Source: Rebecca billardiae RCC1528
Lineage: Eukaryota > Protista > Haptophyta
Reading direction: 5' to 3'
Assembly (NCBI GenBank): GCA_965240325.2
Contig: OZ251253.1
Coordinates: forward strand, 682,001-746,000
DNA: 64,000 nucleotides
Shown here: positions 23,218 through 34,514 of the stretch, piece after piece
Layout: each line of letters starts with the position of its first letter
How positions within the stretch are numbered: position 1 is the stretch's first letter
Notes under the pieces: generated by a model
Told to the model about the DNA's origin: nothing
The model's input: only the letters and a program-made list of their open reading frames with translations
The model's database searches: none
Made by a program: the position numbers and the translations under genes

Positions 23218-24610
23218 TCATAGCAGCACGGCTCTGGAGGCGAATACGGGCGCGCCGCCGCGCGCGGTGCCAGCGGCTGGTGGCAGCCTGGACGCGGCAC
23301 CAGGCGGGGCGCGGCCTCTCGGCGAGGCCGGGCATGGCGGCGGTGGCGCCGCGCCGCCGCCAAGGCCAGCGGCGCCATGCGCGTCGGCTGCGCCGCCCCT
23401 CGGCATGCCGCCGCTCGCGCGCGCGCCGCACGCGCCAGCGCCGCCGCTCGCGTGCGCCGCGTCGGGCGGTGGGTGCGCGTGCCCGCGCCGCGCACCCGCG
23501 GGCATGCCGCCTGTACTGGTGCGCGCGGCCGGCGCGCGGGGAGCTGCGGAGCACGCCGGCGGCGCGGCGCGCGGGCGCGCGCGGCGCGAGGCGACGAGAG
23601 TCGCGCCGAGCGCGAGCGCGCTGAGCGCCGCCGCGCCGCCCGCCAGCAGGCGCGGGCCGGCGCGCGCGCGTGACGCGTCGGCGCCCTCCTCGGCCGCGCT
23701 CGGCACTGGCCGCGACCGCGGCGGCGCCGCCCTGCGCAGCGCATGCCCCCGCGGCTGCTGCGGCGCCCGCGCCGTCGCGCCGCCGCCGCCGCCGCCGCCC
23801 GCGCGCGCAGGCAGCGCCAGTGTGTACGCCGGTGCGTACCCCACCGTGGCGGTGGGCAGCACGGCGGTGGGCGCATATCCGCCCTGCGCCACCGGGCCCA
23901 GGCCGCCCAGCGGCACGGCGCCCGGCGCCGTGTAAAAGTAGGCGGGCGCGGCCGCCGCGCCCGCCTCGCCGCCGCCGCCGCCGCCGCCGTAGCCGCTGGG
24001 CACGAGGCTCACGTAATACCCGCGTGGGTACGAGTAGTACTGGTGCGGGTAGGTGGGCGCGAGCGTGCCCGGCGGCACGCCGCCGCCGCCCTCGCCCTCG
24101 GGCTCGGAGCCCGGCTTGTGCGGGCCGTGGTAGTTGCAGGAGCCTCTCCCCCAGCAGTGCCGGTGGCACGAGGTGCAGCCGCACCAGTGCAGCCCGTCGT
24201 AGTCCAACACTGGGTCGTGGAAGCGGCAGCGGCGGTGCAGGCAGCCCGCGCACGCGCGGCCCTTTGCGTACAGGTTGGGCCTGTGCGCCGAGCTCGGGTC
24301 CGGGGCCGGGGCGAAGAGCAGCGCGGGCTGCCACACCGTGTTGCCCGGGCCAGAGCCGGGGCGGCCCCCGGGGTCGCCGCCTGGCCGCAGCAGGACGGGT
24401 CGGCCGTCCGGCCCTTGGCCCCACCACCAGAGCGGCGGAGGCGACGGCGGCGGCGGGCGCGGCGGCGGGTGCGGCGCGGCGGGCGGCGGGTGCGGCGAGC
24501 CGGGGGGCGGGCGGGGCGGGCGGGGCAGACGCGCGCCGGCGGGCGGCGGCGGCGGCGGCGAGGGCGAGGGCGGCGGCGGGCGCGGCGGCGGCGGCGGCTC
24601 CCATGGCCAG

Positions 24611-24642
<32 letters not shown>

Positions 24643-24873
24643 GCTGGGCGAAGGCGGCGGCGGTCGGCGCGGGGGCGGCGGGCTGGGCGGCGGCGGCGAG
24701 CGCGGCGGCGGCGGGCGCGGCGGCGGCGCGGACGGGGGCGGCGGGGTGGGCGGCGGCGGCGCCAAGGGCGGCAGCGGGCTCGGCGGCGGCGGCGGCGGCG
24801 GCGACGGCGGCGGCCGCCGCGGCGGCAGGCCGGGCGACGGCGGCGGCGGCGACGGCGAAGGTGGCGGCGGGCC

Positions 24874-24907
<34 letters not shown>

Positions 24908-25197
24908 GGGCTGGGCGGCGGCGGTGGCGGCGGGGAGGGCGGCGGCGGTGAGGGCAGCGGCGGCGGCCGCGGCGGCGGCGGCGAGGGCGGTGGCGGCGGC
25001 GGCGGCGGCGAGGGCGAGGGCGGCGGCGGCGGCGGCGGCGAGGGCGAGGGCGGCGGGGGCGGCCGCGGCGAGGGCGGCGGCGGCGGCGAGGGCGAGGGCG
25101 GCGGCGGTGGCCGTGGCGAGGGCGGCGGCGGCGGCGGTGGGAATGGCGGCGGCGGGCTCGGCGGGGGCGGCGGGGGCGGCGAGGGCGGTGGTGGACT

Positions 25198-25231
<34 letters not shown>

Positions 25232-25330
25232 GGGCTCGGCGGCGGCGGCGGCGGCGGCGAGGGTGGCGGTGGGCTCGGCGGCGGCGGCGGCAACGGCGGC
25301 GGTGGGGCGGGCGGCGGCGGGCTCGGCGGT

Positions 25331-25362
<32 letters not shown>

Positions 25363-27978
25363 CGGTGGCGGCGGGCTCGGCGGCGGCGGAGGCGGCGGCG
25401 GTGACGGTGGCGGCGGCGACGGCGGCGGCGGCGGCGGTGGCGGGCTCGGCGGCGGCGGCGGCGGCGGGCTCGGCGGTGGCGGCGGCGGCGAGGGCGGGGG
25501 CGCCGAGGGCGGCGGCGGACCCGGCGAGGGCGGCGGCGGCAAGGGCGGCGGGCGCGGCGAGGGCGGCGGCGGCGGCGGCGGCAAGGGCGGCGGGCTCGGC
25601 GGCGGCGGGCTCGGCGACGGCGGCGGCGGCCGCGGCGGCGGGTGCGGCAGCAGGTGGTGGTGCCGAGCTGGCGGCGGCGGGAAGGAAGGCGGGTGCGGTG
25701 GCGAGAGAGGCGGCGCGCTCGGCGGCGGCGGCGTTGGGCTCGGCGGCGGCCGAGGCGGGTGGTGCGGCGGCAGCGAGGGCGGCGGCGAGGGCGGCGGGCG
25801 CGGCGGCGGCGGCGGCGGGCGCGACGGCGGCGGCGACCGAGGCGGCGCGTGTGGCGGCGGCAGGGGCGGCGGCGCGGGCGGCGACGCGGGCGGCGGCGAG
25901 GGCGGCGGCGAGGGCGGCGGGCTCGGCGGCGGCGGCGGCGGCGGCGCGTGCGGCGGCGGGCTCGGCGGCGGCCGGGGCGGCGGCGAGGGTGGCGGCGGCG
26001 GCGGCGAGGGCGGCGGGCGTGGCGGTGCGCGCGGCGGCGGGCTCGGTGGCGGCGAGGGCGGCGGGCTCGGCGGCGGGCGCGGCGGCGGGCTCGGTGGCGG
26101 CGAGGGCGGCGGGCTCGGCGGCGGGCTCGGCGGTGGCGCCGGCGGCGCGCGTGGCGGCGGCGAGGGTGGCGGCGTGGGTGGCGAGCTGGGCGGCGGGCTG
26201 GGCGGCGGGCTCGGCGGCGGCCCCGGCGGCGGCGCGGGGGGGCGTGCCGGCGGCGGGCTCGGCGGTGGCGACGGCGGCGGGTATGGTGGCGGGCTCGGCG
26301 GTTCGCGCGGCGGCGGGCTCGGCGGTGGGCGTGGCGGCGGCGCCGGCGGCGGGCGCGGCGGCGGGCGCGGCGGCGGCGACGGCGGTGGCGATGGCGGCGG
26401 GCTCGGCGGCGGCGAGGGCGGCGGCGAGGGCGGCGCGCTCGGCTGCGGGCTGGGCGGCGGCGATGGCGGCGGGCGAGGCGGCGGTGCGGGCGGCGGTGCG
26501 GGCGGCGGGCTGGGCGGCGGGCGTGGCGGCGGGCGTGGCGGCGGGCGTGGCGGCGGGCGCGGCGGCGCGCTCGGCGGCGGCGCGCTCGGCGGGCTGGGCG
26601 GCGGGCTGGGCGGCGGGCTGGGCGGCGGCTGCGGCGGCAGACAGCCTGCGGTGCGCACGCGCAGGTCCACATGTCTGCCGCCCAGCTGCGCGTGCGCGTC
26701 GATCGAGCTGAGCTGCACCACGTACTCCGTGCACGGTGCCGTGTCGAGCACACGCAGCGACTTGGCGCCGGCGCGCGCCGGGCTCTGCGGCGGCCGCACG
26801 AACGCGCCGGCCGCGCCGCCGCCGGCCGCGCCGCTGGTCTGTGCGTAGCGCACATCGGTCAGGAAGTCGGCGCGCGCCGGGCGCCAGTGCACGTCGATCG
26901 AGCGCCCGTCCGCCGCCGAGCGCGCGCGCGCGTGCTCCGGCGGCGCGGGCGCCTCCGCCAGCGCCAGCGAGACGGAGACCGCCGCCGCGCCCTCGCACAG
27001 CCCCGGACCAAACGGCCGAAACTTGAGCAAGTCCGGGAGCCGAGAGTCCGGGGGAAGCTCGGGGGGCGGCGTGTAGTCCACGCAGCCCTCGGCGTACACC
27101 ACGCCCGCGCGCACGGGCACGCCGCTGCCGTTGGGCGGCGGCGGCCCCGTGCCGCACTCTGTGAGCGCGCCGCCGCCGCCGCCGCCGCCGCCATCGCCGC
27201 CGCCGCCGCCGTCCCTGTCCGCGCCGCCGCCGCCGCCGCCCGGCGGCAGCGGCGCCTCGAGGGCAAAGGGCGCGGCGAGGCGGTACTCGTGCGGGGCGAG
27301 GCCGGCGAAGAGGACGAGCGAGACCCCCTGCATCGTGCCCACGTCGACCCGCACCGCGTCGTCCAGCGTGAGCCGCCACACCCCGCGCGCGCTCCCGCCG
27401 AGCAGCGCCCGAAGCGCGCCGCGCCGCGCCTGCCAGGTGGTGTCGCCGAGCAACCGGTCCGGGCACAGCTCTGCGGTGGAGGTGTTGGCGAGGGCGTGCG
27501 AGGACCACGCGTAGTCGAAGCCCCAGTACTTGTCGTCCGGGCACGCCCGGTCCACCAGCACCGCGCGCGCCCCGTCCGGCCGCTCGAGCACCACGCGCAC
27601 GTCCGGTGCGTACGTGTGGTGGAAGCGGCGCAGCACGAGATCGAGCCGAGATACGGCAAAGTCGTGCGGCACGGCGAAGGCGAGGGTGTCCGAGCCGGCG
27701 TCGGGCCACATGAGCTCGGTGGCGAGCGTGATCGTCGTCGTCTCGCCCGCCGCGGCCACCAGCTCGAGCACGCGCGGCGTCGGCACCGGCCGCACCTCGC
27801 TGTCGGAGCACGGCGCGTGCCGCGGCGGCGCCGGCGGCGAGGGCGCGCGCGCGGCCGGCGCGCGAGCGCCGCGCACGAGCAGCGCGAGCCCGAGCGCGAG
27901 CGCGCCACGCGCGCGCCGCGGCGCGCCCTCGCGAGCCGCCGCCCCGTCGCGCGCGCCGGCGCGCCGTGGGCGGCTCAT
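23218..27978 (-). CDS. Extensin/pherophorin-like cell-surface glycoprotein: signal anchor, proprotein-convertase P-domain, FN3-like domain, long (SP3-7)n rod, Cys/His-rich segment, C-terminal TM
   Basis: 1586-aa ORF. P-domain signature HHTYAPDVRVVLERPDG...GGSARGVWRLTLDD...DVGTMQGVSL. FN3-like PAPPEH...SIDVHWRP...PCTEYVVQLSSID. About 700 aa of SPPP/RPPP repeats (about 24440-26640). TM segment LLAGGAAALSALALGATLVAS. Confidence 0.8.
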
Positions 27979-28282
27979 GCGGCGCCGGCGGCGGGTGCAG
28001 CCGCCGCCGCCATCGTCGTCAGCGGCATGTATGTCACCGGCCGCTCAAAAACCACCGCCAAGCGGATTGCCGTTGGGATCCACAAATCCGGCCGCTTCAT
28101 CCGGGGGCTGGCCTCGGTCGAGCCCTCGGCTCGGTCCGGCAGTAATTGACTAATTGTCGGTCGATGGCAGGCAGACGCCCAGGCGTGTAGTCATCGTTTC
28201 GGCCGGAGTTCGGCCAGTGAGCCGTTAGAGCCGTAGGCTGCCTGGACACAGCAAGGCCTCATCAGACGACGGCGCCAATATA

Positions 28283-28384
28283 ACATACATACATACATAC
28301 ATACATACATACATACATACATACATACATACATCATACATACATACATACATACATACATACATACATACATACATACATACA

Positions 28385-28418
<34 letters not shown>
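28283..28418. repeat. (TACA)n/(TA)n microsatellite
   Basis: Directly visible. It forms the left flank of the 28419-31901 element. Confidence 0.97.
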
Positions 28419-28845
28419 CGCTGCGTTTTTCCACGGGCCGGTCCGCCAGACCGCGAAACAATTCACGCATTTTCAGAGCGAGTCGCGGCTCCGCCTTCCC
28501 ATTGGTCGGTTGGGGGGGGATCGAAAAATGAGCGGTCGCCAAAGTGAGACATATTATCTCAATACCATCAGGCGAAAGACTGGAATCAGGAAGAAAACGA
28601 GCCAATGGTCATCCCGGAAGGCATGATGGCTTGGCCGCAATCTCCTTAGCATCTCAGCAATCTTCGCTCCTTTTTTGTGTCCTTCTCCACCTCCACGAGG
28701 CCTGGACGAGATCGCTTGCGAGCGGAAGGGCTTCGGGTCGAGACTCGAGTAGAGCGCGTCAAAGCGAAGGGGAGCCGCTGGCTCGCTGGCTCCGTGAGGT
28801 TCAAGGCAGCTAGCCGCCGACGCTGATGGCGAAGACGGCGGCTGG

Positions 28846-29564
28846 CCAAGGGCCGTAAGGGTACCCAACTCCCAGTGCGGCCAGCTCGGAGGTTGAGGTG
28901 CCTCTGTCTGTCTCGTGGCCTCGCGACTCGCGTCCGGCCGGCGTGCTTCAAACGCTGCGCGAGGGCGCGACGTCGAGCGCTCTGCCTGGATGACTGGCGG
29001 CGATGCCGAACCCGGACGGCTCGCCGCTGAGCGGCGCGGGTCAAGGCTCTCCTGACACGCGCGTGAGTCCGCCAGGCTCGCCTCTTTCGCCTCTCGGCCC
29101 GTGCAATCGGCAGTTGCCAACGCGGCGCGCGAGCTCACTCGTGCCGTGCGCGCCAGCAGCAAACGGAGCGCTCGGGCTGCTTGCACCGGGCACGCAGGGG
29201 CAAGCGTGGGCGCCCGCCCGCACTTTGGCTTGTAGGCCCCTACGGGCAGCCTCCATGTCCGCCTGACTCACTTCCGTTCCCGGCGGTCGGCTGCTCGACT
29301 CGTCGCGCGTCCGGTGGCCTCAGCCGAGCTGCGCTCGGCTCGCCCCCACCTCCGCCTCCACCTCCGCCTCGCCATCAGCACTGTCCGCCTCGCCCGCCGC
29401 GCGCCGCCCGCCGCGCGCCGCCCGCCGCGGCGCCCCGTCATGCCCGCACCCTCGCCTCCCGCGTCTTCGGCGACGGGCCACTCACCGCGGGCACTCACGG
29501 AGGCGAGCACAACAGAGGCGCCCCAACCTCCGCACTGGGAGTTGGGTGCCCTTACGGCCCTTGG
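28846..29564. repeat. Internal inverted repeat, arms 28846-28907 and 29512-29564
   Basis: CCAAGGGCCGTAAGGGTACCCAACTCCCAGTGCGG[CCAGCTCGG]AGGTTGAGGTGCCTCTGT matches the reverse complement of 29512-29564 apart from a 9-nt indel and a few substitutions. Confidence 0.85.
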
Positions 29565-30949
29565 GCTGGCGATGGTCGCAACTCAAGTGGGATTGGGGAT
29601 TGGAAGATGGGCTGAAAGACCAGGCATCGTATTCAACTCCAGCCGACCAACACTGCAGCTCTGTGATGCGGGCCCGGCCACTGTACTGTACACGGCAGGC
29701 CCGCCGGGCTTGCGTCGCGCCGCAGGTTGGGGTCGCCGGCCTTCCTATAGGCGCTCACCACGGCTCTTGCGACGGTGACGGTGACATGGATGAAGACGAT
29801 GGCGACGCCTTTCACGACGCTGCCTCTGCGTGGCCAGACTCGCTGCGCAGTCGATCGGCCGGATGCACATCAAAAGGGTGGTGGCGGGCCGGTCCGCGGC
29901 GGGCAAGCTCATCATGTCGTTCGGGCCTGGCGTCCGCGGCATGTGCCGTTTTCACCTCCCGCAGGTCGCATTTGAGCTGATGGAGTTATGCGGCGACGTC
30001 CTCAAGACCGGGCCAGAGGATCACAGCGTGGAGTGCAACGCTTGTTTTGCCGGGCGGTGAGCCGCGCGTGTTGATTCGCCGCGAATGATCGCTCGGCGAC
30101 GACGACTACCGGTCGTCGACTATACGGCCGCGTACGTACTGCTATAATAACGGCGGTATAACTATCGGACCGTGTAGTAGTACCGGCGGGCCGTGGCGCG
30201 CCGCCGAGTCGTGCCGATTCCAGGACGTTATTCCGCCTATTCGTTCCGACGACTCATCCGACGTCGGGCCCGCGCGCGCACTTGTTAGCCCGTTATTATT
30301 ACTCGTCGTTGTTCACCTACTTCCTGAATTCCTCATCCCGATCCGAGTCCGACTCAGAAGTCAGTGTCAGATCCGGGCGCTGCGCCATCAGTGCGGGCGG
30401 CGTCACCACTTCTGTCGCCGCCGGCGGAACGTCTCCGCCGCCGGTCGGACCGGCGCTAGAAGTCGTAGATGAATTGCTGGCGCTATTGCTACTGCTAGAT
30501 CCGAGTATCCGTCCGAGACGTGATGCGGCACCGTAATCCCGTGATGGGACATGAGTCTGGTCCGGCGGCGGCACTCGCCAATCGCGATAGTTCGACACGC
30601 GGTGACTGCATGCTCTGATGATGATCGTCATCTGTATATTGAGTGACTGGCGGGCAGCAGAGTGACGACGACGCCCACCGCGCTGTCGTCCGTCTAGTGC
30701 CAAGCTCCCAAGAGTCGTCGGGCCTTTGACTCAATTCCCTTTGACGCGGGGCGCCGTGCGCACCGGCGCTGCAATAACTCGCCAACTCGGCATCGTCACG
30801 AGTCTGCACGGGCCTCGGCCGATTTGGTGAACCCAGCGGCGTGCACTGCCGCGAGCGTGCTGCCCGGGCTGACCTTGGATTCGATGCCAGAGTGATAAGA
30901 CATGACAATTCCATAGTCTGTGCTTGCCCTCCCCACCGTACCCGCGTAC

Positions 30950-31215
30950 GCCGCGAGTGCCTCCGTACGAGTTCATGGCCGCGTAGAACGGCGCACCGTG
31001 CGGCGGGCGACGAGGCCGCACTCGTGAGCTGCATGCTGCATCCAGGCAACGCCTTGGACGCGTACCTGTGCTTCCTGAGAAGGCGGGCCTCACGCCTGGC
31101 TGCGCTGGTGTCGGTGGACGCCCTGAGCTTCACCGCAGCCAGCCCACCCTGGGCGTCGACAACCTTGTTTACAAACCGTGCCGTGCAGGAGCCCGCTCCC
31201 ACAAGCTGCTCTCAC
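30950..31215 (-). pseudogene. Possible degenerate protein-kinase N-lobe fragment inside the element
   Basis: EQLVGAGSCTARFVNKVVDAQGGLAAVKL...AARREARLLRK resembles kinase subdomains I-III (Gly loop, AVK, alphaC Glu). No HRD or DFG motif follows. Confidence 0.3.
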
Positions 31216-31900
31216 AGTGAGCCGCAGCTGGGACATCCATCTGTTCGGCCTCCTCGCTGGGGAGCGTCAGGTCGAGCGCCGGAACTTCCGACTTGCGCGA
31301 GCCCAGCAGCCGGCCGAGCGGGCGCCCAGCCGCGCGCGCTCTCCCCCTCCGCGCGGCGCAGCGTGAATGAAGGCGGGCGCGCACGACGTTGATTGAGAAA
31401 GAGCTCCTCCTCCTGCACGCGCAGGCTCCACAGCACGAGCGCGCCCGATGCGAAGAGGAAAGCATCGAAGGGTGCGGGCAGCGGCGTGCTCGTCGCGCTC
31501 CCACTGAGAGCGCGACGTGGGCAACGTGAACGTCACGTGCCGACGGGCGTCGGTCAGACGACGTGGACGGGAGGCGAGCAGCGCGGCGGAGGAGACGTGG
31601 GTGCCAGTGAGCGTGCACGGCGCGGACGGCTCCCCGCCGCAGGGCGGCGTCGTGTGCTCGCCCGCCGGCCGCCCGTGCTCTAGGATCCTCAGAATCCTAA
31701 GAAGTCCGCCTCGCCGGGCCGCGTTGAGAGCCCCAACTGAAAACTCCCAAGGGGGGCTTCCAGGTCTTGCATCTGAAGACCACGATCTCCGTCCGATCTT
31801 CGTTTAGTCTATTGGTGCGACGAAGCAGGAATATGATTTTCTTTTGTCCTCCGCGTGTCGATCTCGCCGGCTCGCAAGCCAAGCCTTTCAGAAACGCGGC

Positions 31901-32038
<138 letters not shown>

Positions 32039-32235
32039 CGAGCGCGGGTTCCGAGGGTAGACTTTGCCAAGACGGGCGCCAGCCACTCACTGAGCCAGGC
32101 GGCAGCGAGCCTGGTGGTGGCGAGGGCGCCGCACGAGATGTCCGTCGCGCTGCGTGCTACTGGGCTGGCGCCTGCCACCGTGCTCACCCCGCGCGTGCAC
32201 CCGGCGGCCCTGACGGCCCGACCAGCCTCGCGGCG

Positions 32236-33550
32236 TCACGGCGCCGCCGGCTGCGCGCCTGCGCCGCCGCTCCCGCCGCCGACGCGCAGCGCGCTCGAGC
32301 CGCGCCGCAGCGTGGACTGGCGGAGGAACGCGACCGCCGCCTTGGAGCCGCCGAGCATCGGCATGCCCGTGCCGCCCGCCTGCGGCGTGCTCGCCTGCGC
32401 CAGCGTCGCCGCGTCGATGGTGAGCTCGCCCCCCTCCCATATCGGCGGCTCGCGCGCGGGCGCCGTCGCCTGCCGGGAGATGACTCGGCGCGGCGCGGGC
32501 GCCAGGCCCGTTGCCGCGCGCTGCACGCTGCGGCCGCGCGAGGACTCGGAGCCGGCCGAGGCGCTCGGGCCGATCGCTGGCGGGCACGCGCCGCTGGCGA
32601 GCGCCGCCGTGGCCGCGGCCGAGAGCCCCGCGGGCTGCGTGCCCGAGAGCAGCCGGTGCAGCAGCCCCGCCCCGCCGTAGCCCACGCACAGCACGCCCAC
32701 CAGCAGCTGCGCGCGCCCAAAGCCGAGCGCTGAGGAGGCGACGCCGCCGAGCAGGGGGCCGGCGGTCAGGCTGCGGGGGGCGGGGGCGGGGGAGGGGAGG
32801 GCGGGGCGCGGGTGGGCACGGCCGTGCGCATACCCGCGCGCGCTCCGCGACGGCCGCGCTGCCATGCTGCGCTGCGGCGCGCCGCGCGCGCGGCGGCGCT
32901 GCGGCGGCGCGCTGGCGGCGCGCGGGCGGCGCGGGCCGCCCCCAAACAGTCTGGGACGCACGCAAGCTGGCGGCGCGGGCCGCACCCGAGCTGCATGGCG
33001 ATGTTGTACAGGGTGACGACGGCGTTGGTGTCCACGCCCGCGTCGGAGGGGTGCCCGTCGAGCCCGATGCGCGCGGCGCCCGCCTTCACCGCCGCGAGCG
33101 ACGGGATGAGCGCCGCGGCCTGCCCCGCGCCCAGCACGCACAACAGGCCCAGCTCAAAGCCCCAGCGCGCGCCGAGCGCGCCGCCGCACGCCGCCTGCGC
33201 GAGCGGGCCGAGGGAGAAGCCGGCGCACGCGAGGCCGCTGCCGAGCACGCCGAGGCTCATCACGTCCTGGTACCGGTTGTGCGACAGCCGCCCGCCGCGC
33301 GGCGGGCGGCACCCCGCCCACCGGTCCGACGCCACCCCGCAGAGCGGCGCCGCCACCGAGTACGCGCCCGAAAAAGCGCCAAACGAGATGCCGGCCTGGC
33401 CCTCGCTCAGCCCGAGCTCGTGCAGGTGGACGACGAGGATGCCGTTGCACACGCCGAAGACGGCCATGGCGAGCATCAGCCCCGCCGACGCGAAGAGCAG
33501 GCGGCCCGTCAGGATCGAGCGCATCGCACACGCGCCGCCGCCGCCGCCCT

Positions 33551-33586
<36 letters not shown>

Positions 33587-34419
33587 AGGGCGCCGGCTCG
33601 GGCGACGCGACGGACGCGGCGTGCGCGAGGCCGAGCATGGGCAGGATCGCGGCGACGACGACGACGAAGGGGAGGCTGAAGCCGCCGAGCGCGAACAGCA
33701 CCGAGCCCACCACCGGCGCGCACGTGAACGCCACCCCTATCGCGATCTCGTTGATGCCCATCACGGTGCCGAGCGCGGCTTCAAACGCGTCCACCACGAG
33801 GGCGAACATGGCGAGGTTGGAGCCGGCGTGGCCGAGGCCCTGGAGGAAGCGCGCGCCGACGAAGAGGAGCAGCGTGGGCAGCGCGCGCCCGCCGCCGAGC
33901 CGCGGCGCGTACGCGAACGCCAGCGTGCTCGCGCACGACAGCGAGAGGCCGCCCTTGAGAAGCGCGTACCGGCCGAACCGGCAGGAGATGGCGTTGGCGA
34001 GGGGCGAGCCGAGGAGCATCGCGAGCGGGAAGGAGGACATGATCGCCGAGTTGAGCAGCTCCGTCGAGCCGAACGACGGGTGCAGCGACTCGATCGCGCC
34101 CTGCCCGCGCGGCCGGCGCTCGCGGTCGCGCGCGCGCGTGGGCGAGCGCGCGCGACACACGCGCGCGCGGACGCGCGCGCGCGTGGGCGAGCGCGCGCGA
34201 CACACGCGCGCGCGGTCGCGCGCGCGCGTGGGCGAGCGCGCGCGACACACGCGCGCGCGGACGCGCGCGCGCGACCGCACGCACCGGCATGAAGGGCAGC
34301 AGCACGCAGATCAGCAGGTTGCCCGCGAACGAGACGCCGCACATCAGCCAGACCAGGATCGTCCCGCCCTTCTGCGCCTTGCCCGCCGCGAGCAGCGGCT
34401 CTTCGGACGTCGGGGCCAT
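32236..34419 (-). CDS. MFS transporter, DHA1/SLC18B1-like (exons 34419-34285, 34100-32986, 32770-32236)
   Basis: Spliced protein [10 protein letters not shown]...LLPFMP|GAIE...CRFGRY...ARFLQGLG...[25 protein letters not shown]...MQLG|LTAGPLLGG. It has MFS motif A-like segments and an N-terminal acidic dileucine-like signal (EEPLL). Confidence 0.85.
34125..34272. repeat. Intronic 45-bp tandem repeat x3, rich in alternating CG
   Basis: GTGGGCGAG recurs at 34138, 34183 and 34228 within intron 1 of the MFS gene. Confidence 0.85.
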
Positions 34420-34514
34420 GGCGGCCGCCGTGTTGAGCTCGCGCGCTTGTCATCCCAGGCTCCCAGCAGCAGTCCGGGCGGCAGTCTCCGTCTCAAGTCA
34501 GGTCGTTGTCAGCG
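34420..34514. promoter_or_regulatory. Putative bidirectional promoter/5'UTR region (95 bp between divergent start codons)
   Basis: Divergent ATGs at 34419 (-) and 34515 (+) of two transporter genes. Confidence 0.5.

Noticed and set aside
24275-26848. 857-aa poly-Gly ORF on the plus strand
   Set aside because: It is the exact antisense of the Pro-rich rod of the 23218-27978 gene.
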